A DNA stretch of 57,115 nt, from contig KV454017.1 in NCBI GenBank assembly GCA_001661245.1, positions 1,023,903 through 1,081,017 on the forward strand, given 5' to 3'. Each line of letters starts with the position of its first letter. Within the stretch, counting starts at the first letter, position 1. Below the pieces are notes generated by a model. The model made no database searches, had not been told where the DNA came from, and saw nothing but the letters and a program-made list of their open reading frames with translations. The position numbers and the translations under genes are program-made. Below, one piece after another: positions 26,420-38,570 of this stretch. The stretch comes from Pachysolen tannophilus NRRL Y-2460. Lineage: Eukaryota.

Positions 26420-27163
26420 TTGTGTTAAACCAGAAGGATTTTGACCATTACAAATGGTGTATAAACCTTTTGGTTTCTTTAAACCAGGATAATATTTAGA
26501 CCAGTTTTCCAACAAATCTTTCAAGCTTTCATAATGAATACCTTCACCATAAAAATCTAATTTTACTGGAATTGGCATTCCACCAAAATTGGTTACTTGT
26601 TGACAAAAAGGTTTATAGGTAAATTCTTCTACCAAGAAAGTATCACCTTCATCAACGAGTAATTCAGCTATTCTATGTAAACTATTACCACTACCATTGG
26701 TAAGAGTTATATCATAATTTCTAAAAGCTGGCTTGTTTGTCTTTTCAATAAATTCAAAAGTAAAATCCAACATTGGCTTTAACCCGGCTGTATGAGCATA
26801 TTGAAGACCTTTATCAATACCAATACATTGCTCTTTATTAGAAGTCCGATTTATTGTAAAAGAAAATGAATTTTCCTTTTGATTTAAACTATCAATTGAA
26901 TCTGCAGGAGTCAATAACTGGGAATTAACACGATCTGATTCACTGGAAATTTCTGATCTTTTCCCATAAAAGGGAGTATCTGTAACCTCTACTTGTAAAG
27001 AATGGACCGGGAAAAACTCATGATAAGGTTCACCTCCAGCCAAAGATATCGGGTTAGGATGAGGTTTAATACTCTCAGGAATAGAGTCCGGCAAAAACCC
27101 CAGAAAAGGTATTCTACCAGCACTTCTTTTGGAAATCAAATGCAGCAAAGGAAAACTTGTCAT
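26420..27163 (-). pseudogene. ARO9: N-terminal half of aromatic aminotransferase II (ORF runs on to a stop at 26354 with 21 non-homologous residues)
   Basis: ISLAGGEP..FFP, LQYA..AG, LTNGSG, LVEEFTY, KPKGLYTICNGQNPSGLTQ, then abrupt loss of similarity. Confidence 0.85.
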
Positions 27164-27347
27164 CTTATATATATATATATGAATATTTGAATATATATTA
27201 AAAAATCAAGAACAAAATTGAACTAAATCTTTATCTTATATACTTTTTCATTATCTATATATGCACTTTGCCATATATGTACGGCTAATTGCAATGTTTA
27301 AATCCATAATTATCAAAACAATTTTCCTTATTAGGCAAGTACGACCG

Positions 27348-27369
27348 TGACTCATTTACCGGTAAATGA
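27348..27369. promoter_or_regulatory. Gcn4-type site TGACTCA overlapping an 18-bp palindrome in the ARO9/TPN1 divergent promoter
   Basis: TGACTCA at 27348-27354; TCATTTACCGGTAAATGA at 27352-27369. Confidence 0.6.
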
Positions 27370-27756
27370 CAGTAGAAGCCGAAAAGGTATTAAAGATGTC
27401 AAACCCGATATGCATAGTAAATATCATGTTTGACAGCGGCCAAAAATGGGTTTTCAGTGGAAAAAATCTTTTAACAAATCCGATTGAAAAACTTGGCAAA
27501 TCTGGTGATATACTTTATTGTCCATTAGTCAACAGATGTTTCGAGGAAATCATTTTTAATTGTAAGTTTATTTCATTTTTTTATTTTTCATTTTGAAATA
27601 TTAATGATTGAGTCCAATAGCTCATAGTAATATATATTTGAGCTTATTATTGTTAGTTTATTAAGTATATATTATATTTTCCAGATACTTTGCAAATTTA
27701 AAGAAACGGCAGCACCCCTCACCCCTCTTTATATATATATATATCTTTTGGTAAAA

Positions 27757-29382
27757 ATGGGATCGTTGAGTCACAGTAAATTAGACTTGGATAAGGAAGA
27801 GGTTGAAGAGATAGTTTCAGGTTCTGGTACGGAATCTGTTAAAGAATTTGTTTCTTTTAAAAAAAATGCATGTGGTTTAGTGGTGAATAAGTTAAATAAG
27901 ATTTCCACGACTTTAGATTCGTTTGGTGCAGAGACTAGAGGTATTGATAGAGTGCTACCAGAGGAAAGAGAGAAAAATTTTACAAAAGTTTGTATTCAGG
28001 TTTTAGGATTATGGTTATCGGGCTGTGGTGGGTTAACTTCCATGTCATCATATTTTTTAGGTGCAACTGTTTATGGTTTAGGTTTAAAAGATTCTTTAAT
28101 AAGTGGATTAGTATCTACTAGTATAGGATGCGCTATTGCTGCATATTTTTCAATGATGGGACCCAGATCTGGGTGTAGACAAATAGTTGGTGCTAGGTTT
28201 CTCTTTGGGTATTGGTTTGTTAAATTTGTTGCATTAGTGGCAATTATTGGTACTTTAGGTTGGAGTGTTACCAACTGTGTCTTGGGTGGACAAATATTAG
28301 CTGCTATATCTGATGATAAAGTTCCAATAGAAGTCGGTATAGTTATTATATCAATTTTTTCATTTTTTGTTGCAGTTTTTGGTATTAAACAGTTATTAAG
28401 AGTAGAAACATTTTTATCAGTACCTGTTTTCATTGGTGTCATATTATTATACATTGTTTCTGAAAGAAGGTTTGATTATCCGGATACTGTTTCTACAGGT
28501 GATTCTATAACAAATAAAGGTGATTTTTTAACTTTTTTTGCCTTATGTTACTCTGTCACTGCTACATGGGGAACTATGGCTTCTGATTATTATATTCTTT
28601 TCCCTGAAAATTCCTCAGATTTAACTATTTTTTGTATAACTTTTTTTGGAACTTTGTTTCCAACAATTTTCGGTGCAGTAATTGGTATATTAATTGGAAA
28701 CAGTTCATATTATTATGAACCTTGGAATGAAGCTTATGAACAACTTGGTATTGGTGGATTATTAAATGAATGTTTTAAACCATGGAATGGGTTTGGAAAA
28801 TTTGTCTTGATTGTGTTATTCCTTTCCCTTATTTCAAACAATATTATGAATACATATTCTGCTGCATTTTCACTGCAACTTTCTGCTGTACTGATTTCCA
28901 AAATTCCTAGATGGTTTTTATGTATTGCAATCAGTTCAGTAACAATGATTGCAGCTTTAGTTGGAAGAAATAAATTTTCTACAATATTAGGTAATTTCTT
29001 ACCCATGTTAGGATACTGGGTATCTATTTATTTTATATTATTATTGGAAGAGAATACAATATTTCGCAGAAAAAGGTTTCGTCATTTATTTATTAAAGAA
29101 TTTGAAAACGAAAAGAAATATTATGAAAATAATGAAAATAATTATAATTTTACAATTTGGAATGATTCTAGTAGATTAACTAATGGTTTTGCTGCAGGTA
29201 TTTCATTTCTTATAGGGGTTGCAGGTGCAATTTTAGGTATGGCTCAACTGTATTATATTGGGCCTATTGCTAAAAATCTTGGAGATTATGGTGGAGATCT
29301 AGGAATGTGGATCAGTATGGGTTTTAGTGGACTTGTGTACCCCTTTTTAAGATATTTTGAATTGAAAAAATTTGGAAGATGA
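27757..29382 (+). CDS. TPN1: Vitamin B6 transporter (NCS1 purine-cytosine permease family)
   Basis: GLWLSGCGGL, MGPRSGCRQ, WSVTNCVLGGQ, ASDYY, NTYSAAF, GGDLGMW, and C-terminal RYFELKKFGR as in Tpn1. Confidence 0.9.
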   Translation: MGSLSHSKLDLDKEEVEEIVSGSGTESVKEFVSFKKNACGLVVNKLNKISTTLDSFGAETRGIDRVLPEEREKNFTKVCIQVLGLWLSGCGGLTSMSSYFLGATVYGLGLKDSLISGLVSTSIGCAIAAYFSMMGPRSGCRQIVGARFLFGYWFVKFVALVAIIGTLGWSVTNCVLGGQILAAISDDKVPIEVGIVIISIFSFFVAVFGIKQLLRVETFLSVPVFIGVILLYIVSERRFDYPDTVSTGDSITNKGDFLTFFALCYSVTATWGTMASDYYILFPENSSDLTIFCITFFGTLFPTIFGAVIGILIGNSSYYYEPWNEAYEQLGIGGLLNECFKPWNGFGKFVLIVLFLSLISNNIMNTYSAAFSLQLSAVLISKIPRWFLCIAISSVTMIAALVGRNKFSTILGNFLPMLGYWVSIYFILLLEENTIFRRKRFRHLFIKEFENEKKYYENNENNYNFTIWNDSSRLTNGFAAGISFLIGVAGAILGMAQLYYIGPIAKNLGDYGGDLGMWISMGFSGLVYPFLRYFELKKFGR

Positions 29383-29684
29383 AGGTTTTTGTTTGGTTTT
29401 TTTTTTTTTAAATATCATTACATTTTCAACAAAATTATACATACATAATGCAGAATGGTTAATTACTTAGTTTACATAGAGAAAGCTATGTATTTTTTTT
29501 TTTTTTTTTTAATTCACAAAAGAACATGCTCAAAGACTCAAAGCGAATGAAATAGAAATAGACTGATTAATGATTAATATTAAATAATGAATGTGATACT
29601 AGACTTTAAACAGATAAATATTTGAAACAACCTCGAAATAATAATTTGCGGACACTTCATAGTCAATAATAGCTGATTAAATGA

Positions 29685-30500
29685 TCAGTCAGCATGATCA
29701 CCATTCAGAGTGGAATCGTCAATCAGTGTAGGACCGTTAGTCAGACCGTTAGTCAGACCATTAGTCAGACCATTGGTCAGAATGTGACCATCTTCTTCTG
29801 TTGTGTTATATCCAAGTGCTCTAATAAAAATCAATTCCAATATCCAGTAAAAATATTTCCAGAACCTACCTCTATGAACGTTGCTGCCCGTATTACCATC
29901 TGCAGCATTGGATATTGCTGAACTCTGATGATTACCATTTTCAAAATTAGTTGCAGCGGTATTCTCTTCTTCTTCCTCCTGTGACTCTTCTGGGATTTCA
30001 TCATTATTCTCAACAATGTCGGGGTTTAAAGGTTTTTGCCTTGTATCTTGATTTGAAATTGCATCAGAAGAGTACAAAGGAGATTCATGTACATTGTTTA
30101 TCGGCGTGCATATTTTGGAACAAGACTCTAACTTTGGAGATTCCAGGTTTAATTCATTAGTTTCTGCAAACTCAACAACAATTAAATTGTTATCAAATCC
30201 ATTATTATCTTTGGTAATTGGCTGGTTTGGATTACACAACCATTGGTTATCATTAATTATAAACTTATACGTGAATGATTTCTCGGCATCCTCTTCTCCA
30301 GAATTCGAATTTGAATTTGAATTTGAATTTGAATCTGCAATTTTATTTAAAAATTCACCCAAATCAAATTCCCAGTTTTGTGTTGTATCATTCCCATTCA
30401 TTGGTAAAGGTGTCCATTTTGAAAAATCTCCAGCTATTGATAATGATTCAATCGATTTATCATAAGGAAAAGTAATTATACTCTCTTTAAATTTGTGCAT
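29685..30500 (-). CDS. AMPK-beta-type carbohydrate-binding (CBM48) domain protein, MDG1/CRP1-like
   Basis: IAGDFSKW, YKFIINDNQW, DNNGFDNN form the CBM; acidic linker; amphipathic RFWKYFYWIL segment; first ATG at 30500. Confidence 0.7.
   Translation of the reverse strand: MHKFKESIITFPYDKSIESLSIAGDFSKWTPLPMNGNDTTQNWEFDLGEFLNKIADSNSNSNSNSNSGEEDAEKSFTYKFIINDNQWLCNPNQPITKDNNGFDNNLIVVEFAETNELNLESPKLESCSKICTPINNVHESPLYSSDAISNQDTRQKPLNPDIVENNDEIPEESQEEEEENTAATNFENGNHQSSAISNAADGNTGSNVHRGRFWKYFYWILELIFIRALGYNTTEEDGHILTNGLTNGLTNGLTNGPTLIDDSTLNGDHAD
29733..29780. repeat. 4 x 12-bp coding tandem repeat (ACCRTTRGTCAG)
   Basis: Four near-identical units encoding CTG-ACY-AAY-GGT on the minus strand. Confidence 0.9.
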
Positions 30501-31084
30501 CTTTAAAAACAATTATAAAACTTTCTAACACAACAAATAGCAAGATAAGAAGAAAACGAAAAAAAAAAAAAAAAGAAAGCAAAACCCAATCAATAACCAA
30601 ACTAAATCAATAAATAACTCAGATATATAAAATTGTGTATCTTATCTTGAATTGTACAATGTCTTTGTACTTGATTTGTATTTCTATTTTTTAAAGTAAT
30701 ATGCAATATCAGCATAAATGGTCTTACCCTTTAATAAAATAAGCTAAACCCGAATACACAAACTTCAAAAAAAATATTAACTCTTTTTTTATAATTCAAT
30801 CAATATAAAACAAGTTTAAAGCTTTGTCTTTTATCTTCAATCTTCAATCTTCAATCTCAATCTCTATGATTTTATAGTACGGCGGTACGTTTGATCTTTT
30901 CCCCTTTATTTTTCACCGAATCCGAAGATCATTTTTTCAATCTATTCTGCGGCAAAACTAACGGTTTTAAAAGTCTTTAAATTTTTCAATACCTTTTTTT
31001 TCTTTTATTTAATTTCTTCTTCTTTTCTTTTTTGAATCACTATTGAAATAACTTTGAATTTTGAGAGAAGAAAAAAGTAGAAAG

Positions 31085-34000
31085 ATGAAGGTAAGAATTT
31101 TTTTTTTTTTTTGTAATTTAGTAGATGGTATTGTGTTTTAATTTTATTTAATTATGTATTTACTAACAATTTGGTTTTGGGTATTCTATTTTTTTTCTTT
31201 TTGTTTGTTTGTTATAGCAAAGAATTTCTTCATTGGATATTAAGTTGTTAACATCTGAAGTGGATGAGTATTTGAAAGGTTATAGATTGCAGAATATTTA
31301 TAATTTATTGAATAATTCAAAATCTTATTTGTTGAAATTTGCAATTCCGGATTCCAAGAGAAGTTTAATTCTTGATTGTGGATTTAAATTTCATTTAACT
31401 GATTTTCAAAGACCAACAACTCAACAACCTACGAATTTTGTTGTAAAATTAAGAAAACATTTGAAAACCAAGAGGTTAACCAATATTAAACAAGTGGGAG
31501 ATGATAGAATTGTTGTATTAGAATTTGGTGATGGCATTTATTATTTAGTATTAGAATTTTTCAGTGCTGGTAATATCATTTTATTGGATCAAGATAATAA
31601 GATATTATCTTTACAAAGATTGGTGGATGAAAAGGAAAATAATATTAAATATGCTGTTGGTGAGACTTATAAAATATTTGATAAATCATTATTTAAACAA
31701 GAGGTTGATTTTACCAATAATTCTCAAAGAAGATTATTTAAGAAAGAAGAAGTTATCAATTGGATAAGTAATGAAAAATTAAAATTAGAAAATTCTAAAA
31801 AAGATGGGAAAAAGATTAAAATACTTTCAATTCATAAACTTTTATTTGTTAATGCTGCTTATTTATCTTCAGATTTAATTCAAATTGTATTAATGCGTAA
31901 AAATATCAATTATGCTGAAAATTCAATTAATTTTTTAAATGATGATGAAAAATTAGAAGCAATAGTTGATGTTTTAAATCAATGTGATTTGGAATTGAAT
32001 AATCTTGTAAATAAACCAGTAGGTCAAATTGAAGGATTTATTGTATCTAAGAAAAATCTGGCTTATGATGAAAATAATGAAGGAAGTTTGGAATATATTT
32101 ATGATGAATTTCATCCTTATAATCCTATCCATAAATCTGGTGATTGTCAAATAATTTCAATAAAAGGTTACAATAAAACATTGGACAAGTTTTTCACAAC
32201 TCTTGAAACTTCAAAGAATTCTTTGAAAAAACAACAACAAGAATTAACAGCAAAGAAAAGATTAGAACTGGTTAAAAATGAAAACTTGTCCAAGATTAAC
32301 CAACTTACAGAAGTACAAAACTTGAATGTTAAAAAAGGTGAATTAATAATGATATATAACGATACAGTAGAAGCTTGTAAAGATGCAGTTCAAACATTGA
32401 TTGATCAACAAATGGATTGGAAACATATTGAAAAATTAATTCAGATTGAAAAATCTAGAAATAGTGAAATTGCTCAATTTATCGATTTACCTTTGAATTT
32501 AAAAGAAAATAAAATTAATTTAAGATTACCAGATGTTAATCTCGATGATGAATTTTATGACGAAAGTGATAAAGAAGAAGAAAGTTCTGACAGTGAAGAA
32601 ACGGAAGATAGTGAAACAGAATCAGACTCTGATAGTGAACAATTCATCAAAAAACAAAATAATAAGAAAAAGAATCAAGACAAAATAGTAAAAGTTACAA
32701 TTGATCTTTCGCTCTCAGCTTATGCAAATGCTTCTTTATATTTCGATGCCAAAAAGCAAGCACTGGAAAAGCAACAGAAGACGGAAAGAAACGCCAATAT
32801 TGCAATCAGAAATACTGAGTTAAAAATTAATAAAGATATAAAATTGCAACTGAAAAATGCAAAAATAAATGCAACTTCAGAAGTAATCAAACAATGGCGT
32901 CAAAAATCATGGTTTGAAAAATTCTTTTGGTTTATCAGTTCTGATAACTATTTATGTATTGCCGGAAGAGACAATCTGCAAACCGATCTTATTTTTTATA
33001 AGCACTTCAACAATGATAACGATTATATGGTTTCCAGTGATATTGAAAATTCTTTAAAAGTTTTCATTAAAAATCCTTATAAAGATCAAGAAATTCCACC
33101 AACTACTTTGATACAAGCTGGTATTTTTTCAATTTCAGCTACTAAGGCATGGGACAACAAAATTGTCACTTCCCCTTGGTTTGTTAAAGGTAATGCTGTT
33201 TCTAAAAAAGATTTTGATGGAGGTATTTTACCTGCTGGAACTTTAGACATTGTGACGGAAAAGAATTTTCTTCTTCCAGTACAGTTGGTATTGGGGATGG
33301 GGTTTTTGTGGATCGGTGATGACGAGACTACTGCCAAATATAGAGAAAATAGAATTAAAAGAGATCAGGAATTAGGATTTAAATTGGTCAATGATACTGA
33401 AGTTATAGCTAAAAAAATAAAGGAATTGAAGTTGATGATTGTGAAAAAAGGCGGAGCAAATGTTAATAAACCTAAGGAAGCTGAACAGCAAAACAGCACG
33501 AAAAAAAATAATGAAGAGTCAGACTTGAATTTAGGTTCTGAAGTAAAAGATACAGAATCCAAGTTAGGAAAGGATGATCATTATCAAATTGGAGAATCAA
33601 TTAATTCTGACAGTAATGTTTCTGAAGCTTCAAACTCTTTGGAGTCGTTAAATCTTAATAGTGGCAAAGACTCTAAGAGAAACCGGAAACATGAAAGGGA
33701 TTCAAAGGACACAAAAGCCGTTTTGCGATCTCTGCATGCTCAAGCAAATATTCGGGGTAAAAAATCAAAGATGAAAAAGATTAAAGAAAAATATGCAGAT
33801 CAAGACGAAGAAGAAAGGAAATTAAGAATGCAAGTTTTGGGCCACAAAGTGTTAGAGTCTAGCAATGGAGAGAATTCCAATAATGTTGGTCACGGACTGA
33901 AAGATACAACAGAACCAGAGAAAAATATTCACTGGAGACAAGATCGCAAAAAACAGCAGGAAATTAATCAATTAAGGAAGATCATAGCACAATTAGAAGA

Positions 34001-34487
34001 AGGAGAAGAAGGAGAAGAAGAAGAAGAAGAAAGAGAAGACGAGAATGGAGATGGAGAACACGGGGATGGAGAGGAAAAAGTATCTCACAAAGGGACTTTT
34101 ACTGAGAGCTCTAGTAGACTGCAATTCTCTTCATATAGGTATATAATGGATAGAATGATAGCCTCTCCATCAAAGAGTGATGTCATTACTGATGTTATAC
34201 CTGTGTTTGCCCCTTGGTCTTCTTTACAGAAATTCAAATACAAAATTAAGATTCAACCAGGGAATTTGAAGAAGGGTAAAGTTGTTAATGACATTATTGA
34301 GTATTTTACTAAACAAAATTTGGCGGCTTCGAAACAGGAAAATACGTCAGAGTGGTTTGATGATCTGAATTTAATAGGCCAGATTAACCAGCAAGATTTG
34401 TTAATGCCTATACTAGTTGGAAAGATGAAATTAAACTATCCAGGTGGTTCAAATGGTTCTTTCAAGAATGACAAGAAGAAAAAATGA
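31085..34487 (+). CDS. RQC2: Ribosome quality control complex subunit 2 (NEMF/Tae2); join(31085..31090,31218..34487)
   Basis: Splicing gives the conserved start MKQRISSLDI. FVVKLRKHLK, DRI, LEFFSAGN, WFEKFFWFISS, PVFAPW..LQKFKYKIKIQPG..KKGK. Intron GTAAGA...TACTAAC...TAG (31091-31217). Confidence 0.95.
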
Positions 34488-34809
34488 TATGAAAACAAAA
34501 AAAATTAAACTTTATTATAAAATCCATCTTTATTTTTAAATTTCACTTTTAGTAATACATATTTTACGCATAAAATACTTTGTAAATTTTTGTAATATTT
34601 ATAATATATGTGATATTAGTGACAAATAAAAATGTCTGCTTCCAAGCAAGAAAACAAAATCTCTTGAAGTGCTGAGTAGAAAGAAGACAGAAAACGATAC
34701 AAAAAAAAAAAAAAAAAAAAAAAAAACAAGAAAAACAATATATATATATATATATAAGAAGAAAACAAAAGTATGAAAGGAAAGGTATAGCATATCAAAT
34801 ACAAAATTC

Positions 34810-36559
34810 CTAAACAATGAGGTAATTTTCACTTGATAAGTTGTAATACAAGTCGAAAGGTAGCTGTTCACCATCATTTTCTCCTCCAATACTGGTAACA
34901 TTATTAACAGTTACATTACTTAAATTGGATAATCCATTTTCCACACTGAAATGAGCTTCCATTGGGAATAAAATTTCTTCATCTTCGCATTCGATACTAA
35001 ATTCAAAAGAACCTGCTTGTACTGCGTCCAATTTATTAATTTTGAAAATGATTCCATCTTCTGGATATTCTATACTTATTGTATCATTTTCGTCTTCTTT
35101 TAATACAGCGTTGAATCCAGCTGCTGGAACATATAATAATGCTTCTGAAATTCGATGTTCAACATCCTGGAATTTTTCAGTTGTTTCATATTCAACTGTA
35201 ACATCAATAATACCATTACCATGATTGTTAACCCAACAAGAAAACAATAATGGTAAGAACGAAGATTCATCAGTTTTACCAAGACCCCTCCATCTTAAAA
35301 CACCTAATGATTGATCATTTGAAGGGAATCCTTTTGATTTATCTTTTAATCCAATTGTAGAAGTCTTATTAAATAAAGCCTTATCAACATTAGGATGTGT
35401 CTTGTACTGAATATCAGAATTTTTATCAAGAGTTAAGAAAATATTTGAATGAGCTAATGATGAATCATTAATTCTCAATTGCAAATCACCTTTAATTTCA
35501 CTTGCTTGAACTGAACCATCTCTTGAAATTTCTGCAGTAATTTTTTCATTAATAGCAATAAGGATACCGTTATTATCCAATTTATTTGATGGAGGCAGAT
35601 TTTTAGTACTGGTTGAAAATGAACCAGTTGGGGATTGTGAATAATCTTCAGGTATTCTTGATGATATACGAGGAGTTAAAGGATCAACCAATAAAGGTTG
35701 TCTTGCTTCTGAAATTGATTTATTTTTTTTACCCAATTGTAAACCACCACGTCTTGGAGGATTTCTAGAAGATTGTGAAATTTGTGAAGGAATTGGTGAG
35801 ATTGTAGGCTGAGCTGAATAAGTATTAAGTTGTTGATAAGAAGAAGGAGTATGATCTGGATGATAAAGACTACTAGTATTACCTCCACCAAAACCTGTTT
35901 CAACACGTCTTGCTAATTCTTTTCTTTGAATTTCTTTAGCACGTCTTTTCCTTTCTTCAGTTGCTTCAAGTTCTTTATTTTTTTCAATAATTTCTTGAAT
36001 TTTTTCTTCATGAGAATCCATTTCTAAAAAGCTTTTAACTTGTGGTAATGTTAAATTTTCTTTATAACCAAGATTAACAATTTCATCCAATGCACTTAAA
36101 ATTTGGAAACAATTTTCAAAAATTTCTCTTTCATCAATTGTCCTTATCAATGAAGTGATTGTTTCAGTAACCAAATGTAAAGTATCAATATCTTGTAAAA
36201 TATTTGAATGTCTATTGGTAATTAACACAATATATACATCTTCTAAAGGTTGATAAACATATCTAACATTTTCATCTCTAATTGTAGTATTTTGGCTTGA
36301 CTTGGATTCAGATAACAATGTTGGGAAATTCGCCAATAATGAGAGAACTCTATCTTTAGATAAATCTCTAAATTGTCTAGATAAAATGGTTTTACCACCA
36401 CGAGAACATATAGAAGCTGCTAATACAACCTATCAAAAAAAAATTTTTTTTTTTCATATTGAAATTATCCAACCAACGTTAGTAAATGAATAATATAAAA
36501 AAAAAAAAAAAAAAACATACACCCCAAATAAAAGATTCAAATTAATTTATACATACCAT
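34810..36559 (-). CDS. RET2: Coatomer delta subunit; complement(join(34810..36429,36557..36559))
   Basis: ATG-only first exon, intron GTATGT...TACTAAC...TAG (36556-36430), giving MVVLAASICSRGGK. VRYVYQP, SNILQDI, MDSHEEKI, THPNVDK and mu-homology domain. Confidence 0.95.
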
Positions 36560-36939
36560 TTTTGAATTAATATAACAACTCTATTAATCAATTAATAATT
36601 GTAATTGAAATTGAAATTCCAAGATTTTAAAATTCTTTAATGCAATAATTTTTTTTTCGCCTTTTTTCTAAACAACAAAAAATCAACAAATTTTAATTTA
36701 AAATTGCGTTAACTTATTATAAAAACAAAAATCAATCCTACTATATAAAATACAAGGTTAATTACTTGCTAATTACGAATTGAGTTTTCATTCATTAATT
36801 ATTAGTATTAAATATATATTTACAATATATATTTACAATATATAAATATTTATTACTACTGTTTAGTTCTGTGTTGTTCAATTTTTTCTTTTGATTTTTG
36901 ATATCGAACAACGACCAAAGTGTATCGTAACCGTTTAAA

Positions 36940-38235
36940 TTAAACATGTTTAGTTAACAGTTCCCAACGATCTCTTTGTTGGATGAACCAGTTTGGTAAA
37001 TCTTCATCTTTTGGTAGTATTATCTTGATACTTTTACTTTTTTTATTTGTTGAAGTATTGAAATAATTACTTGGTAAAGGTTGATAATATAAATATTTTT
37101 TAAATTTTTGTTTATCATTTTCTGTAATATTATTTGAAAAATTATTAATATTTTCTTCTTCAATACCACCATCTTTTGATCTATTAGATTTTTTTTTCTG
37201 TTTCCTCATTTCTGCTAATATTAATAAATTTTTAGGTATTTGTGGAGATGCAGATAAGGATAATAAATCATCATTTTCTGGTAATGTTTCATCATCTTGT
37301 TCTAATTGAATTTTTTCATTATTTTTTGAAATATTCATAGGATTTGAAATTGTCATTGATGTAATTTTTTTAAAATTTTCATTTGAATTAATTTTATGAA
37401 TTTTAGCAAAATTTAAATTTTTAATTTCCTTTTCATGTTGTTTTTGTAAAAATTCATCATGAGAAACTAATTGTACTCTAATTAATTCTAAAAAAGTTTC
37501 TGTAAAATAATTTGATTTTATACCACAATGTAATCTATATTCATTAATAATACTTGAAAAACTCCATTTTTCTAATTTTCTTAATATTCCAATAACTGTT
37601 TCAGTCTTATCAACTAACAACACATTATGTGTTTTTTTATTTAAAAGTAATTCAAAAATTTCAACAATCAAATTGGGTTTAATAATCATCCAATCTTCCA
37701 TTTTGTAATTATTACTATTAGCGCTATCACTATTACTCTCATTACCGCCACCACTGCTACTTGTATTAACTCGACTCCCCACATTGATACCAGAACCTGT
37801 ACCAGAACCAGAACCGGTTTCAGAAACACCACTTGCTCCTTCTACACCGGAAGCTCCAACACTTCCACTTCCACTTCCACTTACATTTGCATTTGCATTT
37901 GCATTTGAACTTGTTTCTGGGTCATTCTCCTTGTGCTTTTCAATAACTGTCATCTTAGAACCCCCAATATGGTACAGCTTTGTATTTGTCTCTTCAACAA
38001 AATTTAACAACGTCCTTTGTGGTTTCTCTGCATCCAATAAAATCAAAGAAGTCAAGTTCAATGTCTCCAAGAATGGATAATTCAATGGATCCAATTTAGC
38101 ACATCTATCTATAACACATACCCAACAAAATAATGTTAGTTAATTCGTTATTCAATAAAAAAAAATTTATTAATCATCAATAAACTTACATATCCCTTCC
38201 TCAACCAAACCAAAATTATCAGGAGGAACAAACAT
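36940..38235 (-). CDS. OCA4: Oca4-like protein (Y_phosphatase2 pseudo-phosphatase family); complement(join(36940..38108,38190..38235))
   Basis: Splicing gives MFVPPDNFGLVEEGIYRCAKL..LNYPFLETLNL; NVLLVDKT..VIGILRK..KWSFSSIINEYR. Intron GTAAGT...AACTAAC...TAG (38189-38109). Confidence 0.85.
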
Positions 38236-38349
38236 CACACTCTCTGCAATCCAATGGTATCAACAGACTATTCCAATTGATTCAACTTCAAGTAACGTAT
38301 ATATCAACTTTATTATTAAAACTATTATTTTCTACTCTGCTGCAGTTTA

Positions 38350-38380
<31 letters not shown>

Positions 38381-38570
38381 TTATTATTTTTTCAAGTATT
38401 ATATAAGGTCTAAAATAATGATAGCAATTATATACGGCTAAAAGATCATCACTTGATAAAAATACATCAAGATCAAATTGATACGGAAATAAGCTTCAAT
38501 TATCAATTGTTTATAAAGGATATATTTATATTATTCTTTATTAATTAGGGGGATATCTTAAGAGGATAAG

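Noticed and set aside
25260..26430. Recombinase-type inverted repeats or trans-splicing signals at the ARO9 breakpoints
   Set aside because: Only 1-3 nt of microhomology; no GT donor after CAA and no AG acceptor before TCT.
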